A stretch of 36,299 nt of DNA from Candidatus Nomurabacteria bacterium RIFCSPLOWO2_01_FULL_39_17 (lineage in GTDB: Bacteria > Patescibacteriota > Minisyncoccia > Phycocordibacterales > UBA9973), in the NCBI GenBank assembly GCA_001785805.1, contig MFUU01000005.1:1-36299 (forward strand), written 5' to 3'. The notes under the pieces are model-generated. The model was not told where the DNA came from, did not search any database, and was given only the letters and a program-made list of their open reading frames with translations. This document shows, piece by piece, positions 25,478 to 31,971 of the stretch (positions are counted from its first letter, which is position 1; each line of letters starts with the position of its first letter). The position numbers and the translations under genes are program-made.

Positions 25478-25881
25478 ACTTTTCTTGTTAGATATTCTTG
25501 TAATTTCTTAACTTTATTTTTAACCGTTAAATCAATAATTTCATCATTCACTTCTATTCTCATTCCCCCCAATAAATTTTCATCCATGCTCTTTTTATAT
25601 AGCACTTTATGCGCGGAATAAAGTTTTTTTAATGAATGCGTGATTTCTCTTTTCGTCTCTTCTGATAAAATTCTAGCGCTTTTAACTTTCGCCACAATTG
25701 TCCCGCTCTCTTCATGAATTATCTTTTCTAAATTTAACAATATGTCTTTTGCTCTGTATAAAAATCTTCTACGAGCCAAAAATTTAACAACGTCTTTTAA
25801 AAAAGAAGGTTTGTTGCCAATATTATCTTTGCAGGCTAGATAGATGGCTCGCGCTATGTCAATGTTTGAAATATTGGCCAT
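25474..25881 (-). CDS. atpH: F1 ATP synthase subunit delta (OSCP), short form
   Basis: The position between atpF and atpA, together with the C-terminal [28 protein letters not shown] motif, supports the call. The protein is only 135 aa. Its stop overlaps the atpA start (ATGA). Confidence 0.75.
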   Translation of the reverse strand: MANISNIDIARAIYLACKDNIGNKPSFLKDVVKFLARRRFLYRAKDILLNLEKIIHEESGTIVAKVKSARILSEETKREITHSLKKLYSAHKVLYKKSMDENLLGGMRIEVNDEIIDLTVKNKVKKLQEYLTRKV

Positions 25882-25883
25882 AA

Positions 25884-26375
25884 TTATAAGTTATTTAACT
25901 CTTTTACCGCTTTATTATCAAAATGCTTTTCAACCCTGGCGCTAAGTAGCTTTTCTGTGGCTTGTATCGCCAAGGAAACAATTTCGTTTCTGGCTTCTGT
26001 CACCATCTTTATTTTTTCGGCTTCCAGATTTTTCTTGCCTGCTTCAACCATTAATCCAACTTCAATTTTTGTTTTCTCTAACATCTCGTTTTTTTTATTT
26101 TCAGCTTCTTTGACTCCTTTTTGAAAAACAATATTTGCTTCGGTTCGAGCTTTGGTTATAGTATCTTCGTGTTCTTGGCGAGACTTATTCAGGACATCAG
26201 CGTTGGTCTTGGCATCGTCAATCCCTCTTTTTATTTTTTCCGCTCTCTCTTTCATTAATTTACTAAGCGGTTTCAGAGCGTAAATGTATAAGACAATAAA
26301 AACGACAGCAAAATTCACCATCTGTGCAACGATGATTTTCCAATCTATGTGAAATGTGGAAATAATTGATTCCAT
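25884..26375 (-). CDS. atpF: Fo ATP synthase subunit b
   Basis: A single N-terminal TM segment (IIVAQMVNFAVVFIVLYIYAL) precedes a long charged helix, and the operon position fits. Confidence 0.85.
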   Translation of the reverse strand: MESIISTFHIDWKIIVAQMVNFAVVFIVLYIYALKPLSKLMKERAEKIKRGIDDAKTNADVLNKSRQEHEDTITKARTEANIVFQKGVKEAENKKNEMLEKTKIEVGLMVEAGKKNLEAEKIKMVTEARNEIVSLAIQATEKLLSARVEKHFDNKAVKELNNL

Positions 26376-26536
26376 GATTTATTCTTTTAAAATTTAAAAT
26401 AGTTCTTAAGAAAAGCCTTGCGCAGGAGATTAGAAAATAAAAGAGGTAATCCGATTATTATTTTCTTGATTGACGAGCAGAGCAAATTTTGAGTTCAAAA
26501 TTATGCGTGCTTTTTGAAAGAAGCTATTTAAAATTT

Positions 26537-27649
<1,113 letters not shown>

Positions 27650-27650
<1 letters not shown>

Positions 27651-27925
27651 TATTTTTTATTTAAATTTTTTTCTTCTTCTATCTTTTTCAATTCTTCAAT
27701 ATACTTTCTTATAACACGCACAATGCCGATTAATGAAAAAAGGAAACCGGCGCCGGCCAATATCAGGAATATCAGCGGCTTGGTTCCATAGTGTTGGTCA
27801 AGCCCCTTGCCTACAATAAGAGCCAGTATTATCGGCACTACAATCCAGGTCGAAACTTGGCTAAACAGTTCTACTGCCGGTTTCCACCAAATACCCTTGT
27901 TTTGATTGTTGTCAATTTTACTCAC
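27650..27925 (-). CDS. AtpZ/AtpI-like small membrane protein (first gene of atp operon), GTG start
   Basis: The protein is 91 aa with two TM segments (WIVVPIILALIVG and LIFLILAGAGFLFSLIGIV). It sits immediately upstream of atpB with a 1-nt overlap. Confidence 0.5.
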
Positions 27926-27954
27926 AAAAATAAAAGGCTTTAAGCCTTTCTAGT

Positions 27955-27983
27955 ATTATAAAGTAAAAATATAGGCGGTGCAA
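27955..27983 (-). promoter_or_regulatory. Candidate atp operon promoter TTGCAC-17-TATAAT
   Basis: The minus strand reads TTGCAC (27983-27978), a 17-nt spacer, then TATAAT (27960-27955). The hairpin 27933-27949 follows, then the GTG start at 27925. Confidence 0.45.
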
Positions 27984-27994
27984 TGTTGAAAAAG

Positions 27995-28066
27995 TGAGCG
28001 TGGATGGAATCGGACCATCGACCTCTGTCTTATCAGGACAGCGTTCTACCACTGAACTACACGCTC
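27995..28066 (-). tRNA. tRNA-Ile(GAU), no encoded CCA, atypical T-loop
   Basis: The minus strand reads GAGCGTG-TA-GTTC-AGTGGTA-GAAC-G-CTGTC-CTGATAA-GACAG-AGGTC-GATGG-TCCGATT-CCATC-CACGCTC-A (72 nt) with anticodon GAT. The T-loop has C where the near-universal U55 is expected. Confidence 0.8.
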
Positions 28067-28152
28067 AATATTATGTGGTTTTAAACGCGTACAACCATTT
28101 AATGGGACTCTGGTACATTACCAACAACTACACGCTCAAAACCTACCTGAAG

Positions 28153-28181
28153 ACTATAACAAAAAAATTTATGCTTATCAA
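28153..28181 (-). promoter_or_regulatory. Candidate tRNA-Ile promoter TTGATA-17-TATAGT
   Basis: The minus strand reads TTGATA (28181-28176), a 17-nt spacer, then TATAGT (28158-28153). It lies directly downstream of the RRM-gene terminator and about 85 nt upstream of the tRNA. Confidence 0.4.
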
Positions 28182-28182
28182 A

Positions 28183-28212
28183 CAAAAACCCTGTCGCTCA
28201 TGAGCGACGGGG
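28183..28212 (-). terminator. Rho-independent terminator of the RRM protein gene
   Basis: The minus-strand RNA is CCCCGUCGCU-CAUG-AGCGACAGGG followed by UUUUUGUUU. It begins 29 nt after the stop codon. Confidence 0.7.
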
Positions 28213-28240
28213 TAATTGTTTTTGAGTGTAAAAATTAAAA

Positions 28241-28582
28241 TTAGTACTCTCGGCGTCCGCCACGATTGCCACCGCCGTAACCGCCATTGCCACCACCATA
28301 TCCGCCTCCTCCACCTGTTCTGGGTGGGCGAGCTTCCATAGGGCGAGCTTCGTTGACAGTAAGTTTGCGTCCTTCGAATTCTTGATCGTTTAACATTGAG
28401 ATAGCTTTTTGCGCTTCCTCGTCGCTAGACATTTCTACGAATCCAAAACCTTTTGAACGACCAGACATCTTGTCCATAATAATCACAGCGGATACAACTG
28501 ATCCAGCTTGTGCGAAGAGCTCCTTAAGAGCATCCTCTTGCGTGCTGTAAGGGAGTCCCCCTACATATAGCTTTGTAGCCAT
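28241..28582 (-). CDS. RRM-domain RNA-binding protein with glycine/arginine-rich tail
   Basis: RNP2 is KLYVGGLPY and RNP1 is KGFGFVEM. The C-terminal tail is GGGGGYGGGNGGYGGGNRGGRREY. An SD-like GGGAGAAAG precedes the ATG. Confidence 0.9.
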   Translation of the reverse strand: MATKLYVGGLPYSTQEDALKELFAQAGSVVSAVIIMDKMSGRSKGFGFVEMSSDEEAQKAISMLNDQEFEGRKLTVNEARPMEARPPRTGGGGGYGGGNGGYGGGNRGGRREY

Positions 28583-28690
28583 AACTTTACTTTCTCCCGT
28601 TTTTAAAAATCGGGTAAAAACTACTTACTAATTCTCCGACCTGGGTCGGAGTGTAGAAACTCTATTCGCTAGTTGAGAAACTACTCATAT

Positions 28691-28718
28691 ATCATAACAC
28701 ACGTGAAATAGAAAGCAA
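28691..28718 (-). promoter_or_regulatory. Candidate promoter of the RRM gene TTGCTT-16-TATGAT, implying a ~100-nt 5' UTR
   Basis: The minus strand reads TTGCTT (28718-28713), a 16-nt spacer, then TATGAT (28696-28691). The UTR contains the hairpin CTCCGACC-CAGGTCGGAG (28634-28652). Confidence 0.4.
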
Positions 28719-28757
28719 TTAATTGTAGAAAATTCATATTATTTAATAGAAATATTT

Positions 28758-29555
28758 TTATTCGTCTTTTTCATCTCCCATTGTTCCGGATTCAATATCA
28801 GCGATGATATCTTTTATACCTCCCTCCATTATTTTGGACAAATTATGCCAAGATTTCTTTATGCGGTGGTCAGTCACACGGTCTTGTGGAAAATTATAAG
28901 TACGGATTTTCTCTGACCTATCTCCGGTGCCTATTTGGTCTTTACGTTTATTCGCATACTTTTTCGTCTCCTCCTCTTCTTTTAACTGCTCTAGCTTAGC
29001 GGTTAAAATTATCATCGCCTTCTCGCGGTTCGCAAGCTGGCTTCGCTCATTGCTAGAACGCACATCAATGCCTGTCGTCTTGTGAATAAGGCGCACGGCT
29101 GTTTCCACTTTGTTCACATTCTGCCCGCCTTTCCCTCCGGAACGGGAATATTCCATTTCCAAGTCAGCGGGGTTAATTACAAAATTTACTTTTTTTTTGA
29201 TTGGAAGCACCGCTACCGATGCGGTAGAGGTATGCACTCGGCCATTTTTTTCTGTCGCTGGTATTCTCTGCACCCGGTGCACTCCAGTTTCATAACGCAT
29301 TTTTTTATAGACATCTTTACCTTTAATTTCAAAACTTGCTTCTTTGTAACCGCTGAGGTCGCTTTTTGATTCATAATTTGTTTTCCATTCCCATTTTTGC
29401 ATTTCGGCAAATTTTTCATACATATGCGCAAGTTCCCAGGCAAAAAGTGAGGCTTCATCGCCTCCTGCACCCGCTCGGACTTCCAGCACAATTTCATTCG
29501 GAAATTCTTCCGTTTTTACGTTTGTTTGACTTTTTTTCCACTCTTGCCAATCCAT
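28758..29555 (-). CDS. prfA: Peptide chain release factor 1 lacking N-terminal domain 1 (265 aa)
   Basis: The RF1-type tripeptide lies in [14 protein letters not shown] (PxT). The GGQ motif lies in [27 protein letters not shown] starts at residue 22. The ATG overlaps the rpmE stop (TAATG). Confidence 0.85.
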   Translation of the reverse strand: MDWQEWKKSQTNVKTEEFPNEIVLEVRAGAGGDEASLFAWELAHMYEKFAEMQKWEWKTNYESKSDLSGYKEASFEIKGKDVYKKMRYETGVHRVQRIPATEKNGRVHTSTASVAVLPIKKKVNFVINPADLEMEYSRSGGKGGQNVNKVETAVRLIHKTTGIDVRSSNERSQLANREKAMIILTAKLEQLKEEEETKKYANKRKDQIGTGDRSEKIRTYNFPQDRVTDHRIKKSWHNLSKIMEGGIKDIIADIESGTMGDEKDE

Positions 29556-29782
29556 TACTTTTTTGCTTTAGTTTTGATAGTGCTGGCGGCTCGGCGCTTG
29601 TTGAAGCGTTCTACGCGTCCGGCAGTATCTATTATTTTTTCATTTCCCGTATAAAAAGGATGGCACTGGCTGCAAATTTCTATTTTGATTTCTCCTATTG
29701 TTGAGCCAACTTCAAAAACCGCTCCGCAGGCACAGGTGGCTTTGGTCTTTAAATTATATTTGGGATGTATATCTTTTTTCAC
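29555..29782 (-). CDS. rpmE: 50S ribosomal protein L31, GTG start
   Basis: MKKDIHPKY...CACG...[10 protein letters not shown] is the zinc-binding form. Confidence 0.9.
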   Translation of the reverse strand: MKKDIHPKYNLKTKATCACGAVFEVGSTIGEIKIEICSQCHPFYTGNEKIIDTAGRVERFNKRRAASTIKTKAKK

Positions 29783-29811
29783 AGTAAAAATACCCTACCA
29801 CAATTTTCATT

Positions 29812-31173
29812 CTAAAGCAAATCGATATTGGCTTGAATGGAGGTTTTTAATTTTTGAACACTTCGGCTGTATGAACAAGAAGAGCCCCCGGAGCCGTAGT
29901 ACCTGCAAGCTGCCCTGTTTTGCGCGCTGGTGCTGGTGCCCACTGCTCCAAGATCGGCTAGAAACATTCCCGAGGCCATAAAGGCATCTTTGGGAGACCA
30001 TGGATTGGCTTCATATCCTAAAATATCTTTCAAACGACTTTCAAATAATTTCCAAGTTGAAGGGATAAATTGCGCCGGCCCCATTGCGCCTCCATAACCC
30101 TTGATCCCTATTACTGGACAAGAAATAACCGTTTGAAAAACATTAAGCCCCAAACTGTTTGTAATATCGAGGAAAATTGGCACATCGCGCGTCGGATGCA
30201 TTACATTCGAAAATGTCTTTCCCGTATTTTTACTCACCCCCGCGCCCGTATCTATATTTGTCAGATAGCATTGCCCGACATTTGATCCCAGATTGCTTTC
30301 TTGAGTGATGATGGCAAGCAGAAATGCAGGGTCAACGCCTGTCTTGTCTTTTATTTCATTTGCATATTCTAGCGCAGTGCCGAATTCAATTTTTGTTGAA
30401 ATGCCGGCTAAGCTAAACAGGGCGCTGCGAATTTTGTCCGCTTGGATTTTTTTCTCTGTAGCCAACTTTTGATATTCTATTTCCTTATTTTTAGAAATTG
30501 CCAGAAGTTTTTTCTTCTCTGCCTCGGACTGCGTAACTTTTTTCTGGGCGCTTTCCAACTCTGCTTTGGCATCTGTTTCCGCATCTTGCTTTTTTTCAAG
30601 GTCTTTTTTTTGAATTTCGGTTTCTTTCTTAACTCCGTTAATTATATCAACAGATTCCTTAATAGCCCGATTAATTGAGGTATAAGACTCCAGGTCGCTA
30701 TAAAAATCAGAAATGCTTCCGTCAGAAAGAACAAGATGGATTACATTTTCATTATCGAATTCGTTCGTATTGCGCAACAATTGGGCTAAAGACACATGTT
30801 CGCGCTCTATTTTATCCGATAACGATTCTATTTTGCTAACTTTTTCCGCAATATTTACTTTTAGTTGAGTAATTACAAGCGTTCTGGCTTTTATTTTCGC
30901 TTTCAGAGCGTTAATTTGGCTGGTTAGGTAATCAACATCGCCTTTAAGCGTGCCGGTTTGCTTCTGTTGTTCTTTTTGCTTGGCTAATAAATCATTTAGC
31001 TGGGTTTCTATTTGAGTAAGTTCATTTTGGCAATAATCTTTATCTGACTGGCTAGAGGAAGTGGTTAATGTGAGGCAATCAACAGCAAAAACCCTCATGA
31101 TTGTTGTGCTTGAAAATACAGCAAAAAAAACAAACGGCAAAACAAAAAAAGTTATGACTATTTTCCTTGTCAT
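29812..31173 (-). CDS. Secreted coiled-coil protein with C-terminal MltB-like (SLT_2) lytic transglycosylase domain
   Basis: An N-terminal signal/TM segment (IVITFFVLPFVFFAVF) is followed by ~200 aa of heptad-rich Q/K/E sequence. The C-terminal domain carries LLAIITQESNLG (catalytic Glu) and GAMGPAQFIPSTW. Confidence 0.75.
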   Translation of the reverse strand: MTRKIVITFFVLPFVFFAVFSSTTIMRVFAVDCLTLTTSSSQSDKDYCQNELTQIETQLNDLLAKQKEQQKQTGTLKGDVDYLTSQINALKAKIKARTLVITQLKVNIAEKVSKIESLSDKIEREHVSLAQLLRNTNEFDNENVIHLVLSDGSISDFYSDLESYTSINRAIKESVDIINGVKKETEIQKKDLEKKQDAETDAKAELESAQKKVTQSEAEKKKLLAISKNKEIEYQKLATEKKIQADKIRSALFSLAGISTKIEFGTALEYANEIKDKTGVDPAFLLAIITQESNLGSNVGQCYLTNIDTGAGVSKNTGKTFSNVMHPTRDVPIFLDITNSLGLNVFQTVISCPVIGIKGYGGAMGPAQFIPSTWKLFESRLKDILGYEANPWSPKDAFMASGMFLADLGAVGTSTSAQNRAACRYYGSGGSSCSYSRSVQKLKTSIQANIDLL

Positions 31174-31180
31174 AACTTCT

Positions 31181-31189
31181 ATTATAGCA
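31181..31189 (-). promoter_or_regulatory. Extended -10 box TGcTATAAT, 7 nt before the transglycosylase ATG
   Basis: The minus strand reads TGCTATAAT-agaagtt-ATG. It lies in the 29-nt rplY-downstream gap. Confidence 0.35.
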
Positions 31190-31202
31190 TAGAAAATTGT
31201 GA

Positions 31203-31898
31203 TTATTTTTTTTCTGTTTTTTCCCCGCCTGCGTGGGCAGTTTCTTTCGGAGCTGGTATTTCCACACCCTCTATACCTTCTTCTTCTTTCTTGCCTTTCT
31301 TTTCCACTTCAATCGTGGAAAGATCTACAGGCGCAACTTCCTCAATTTTTTCTTCTTTTTGTTCAACAATAGAAGCTACTACATCTGTTAAATTATTGAC
31401 CACAGCAACTCCAGCTGGCAGTTTTATATCAGAAACAAAAACTTGGTCTGTTAGGGTAGAAAGTTTTGAAATATCAACAACCAGATTGTGCGGAAGACCT
31501 TTTGGTAATGCTTCTATTTCAACTTCATGCATGACTTTAACCAAAGTTCCTATAGCAGATTTTACTGCTTCGGAAATTCCTTCAAATACAAGCGGTATCT
31601 TGACGCGAATTTTTTTGTTCATATCTATTGCTAAAAAATCTATATGGATAGGCTCGTCGGTGACCGGATCAGTCTGTACTTCGTGAATTAGAGTATCAAT
31701 GTTGCCTTCGGGCATAATTATCTCTACAGTTGAAGATTCCCCTGCTTTATGCCAGACTTTTTTGAAATCAATGTTTGAAACGCTGATAGGAGTAGAAGTC
31801 TTCTTCGTGCCGTAAAAAACAGCTGGGATTTCTCCCCCTTTTCTTAAAACCTTTAAGCTTTCTTTTCCGCTTCTTTTTTGCGCCTTAATTGAAAACAT
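31203..31898 (-). CDS. rplY: 50S ribosomal protein L25 / general stress protein Ctc form
   Basis: The start MFSIKAQKRSGKESLKVLRKGGEIPAVFYG is at an internal ATG. The ORF track start at 31943 is a TTG extension running through the upstream terminator. The C-terminal tail is long and acidic. Confidence 0.85.
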   Translation of the reverse strand: MFSIKAQKRSGKESLKVLRKGGEIPAVFYGTKKTSTPISVSNIDFKKVWHKAGESSTVEIIMPEGNIDTLIHEVQTDPVTDEPIHIDFLAIDMNKKIRVKIPLVFEGISEAVKSAIGTLVKVMHEVEIEALPKGLPHNLVVDISKLSTLTDQVFVSDIKLPAGVAVVNNLTDVVASIVEQKEEKIEEVAPVDLSTIEVEKKGKKEEEGIEGVEIPAPKETAHAGGEKTEKK

Positions 31899-31904
31899 CA
31901 GCCA

Positions 31905-31932
31905 ATTATATATAAAAAAATAAAAAAAGCAA
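31905..31932 (-). promoter_or_regulatory. Candidate rplY promoter TTGCTT-16-TATAAT, -10 box 6 nt before the ATG
   Basis: The minus strand reads TTGCTT (31932-31927), a 16-nt spacer, TATAAT (31910-31905), tggctg, then ATG. No SD is present. Confidence 0.4.
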
Positions 31933-31969
31933 TCCCGAACCAAAGCTAAGCTTGGTGCAGGACAGGATT
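31913..31969 (-). terminator. Rho-independent terminator after the FAD oxidase gene
   Basis: The minus-strand RNA has AAUCC...ACCAAGCUUAGCUUUGGU...GGGAUU (a nested stem) followed by GCUUUUUUUAUUUUUUU. Confidence 0.6.
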
Positions 31970-31971
31970 AT

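Noticed and set aside
24996-25511. Long antisense ORFs inside conserved genes. Examples are 24996-25511 and 24905-25288 in atpA, 22473-22976 in atpD, 26977-27564 in atpB, 23448-23954 in atpG, 1323-1949 in dprA, and 18459-18968 in priA.
   Set aside because: They lie opposite unambiguous housekeeping genes. They are Ser/Phe/Ile-rich low-complexity translations typical of shadow frames, and they have no independent start signals.
28067-28146. A degenerate second tRNA (pseudo-tRNA) in the tRNA-Ile leader, suggested by the duplicated GAGCGTGTAGTT.
   Set aside because: Beyond the 14-nt repeat I could not fold D, anticodon or T arms, and there is no matching 3' acceptor strand.
27994-28203. A 69-aa plus-strand ORF in the atp/RRM intergenic region.
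   Set aside because: It is the antisense of tRNA-Ile(GAU) and of its promoter and the neighbouring terminator. It has no protein-like composition.
28758-29782. A prfB-style programmed +1 frameshift or a split gene as the explanation for the short release factor.
   Set aside because: The tripeptide motif is PxT (RF1), not SPF. The sequence immediately upstream is a complete, well-conserved rpmE whose stop overlaps the RF1 ATG, leaving no coding space for domain 1.
31899-31943. TTG-initiated N-terminal extensions of rplY (31943) and rsmI (21037), and the TTG starts of ddl (11355) and dprA (1123).
   Set aside because: The extensions run through a terminator or abut the upstream stop, and they add non-conserved residues. 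Internal ATGs give canonical N-termini.
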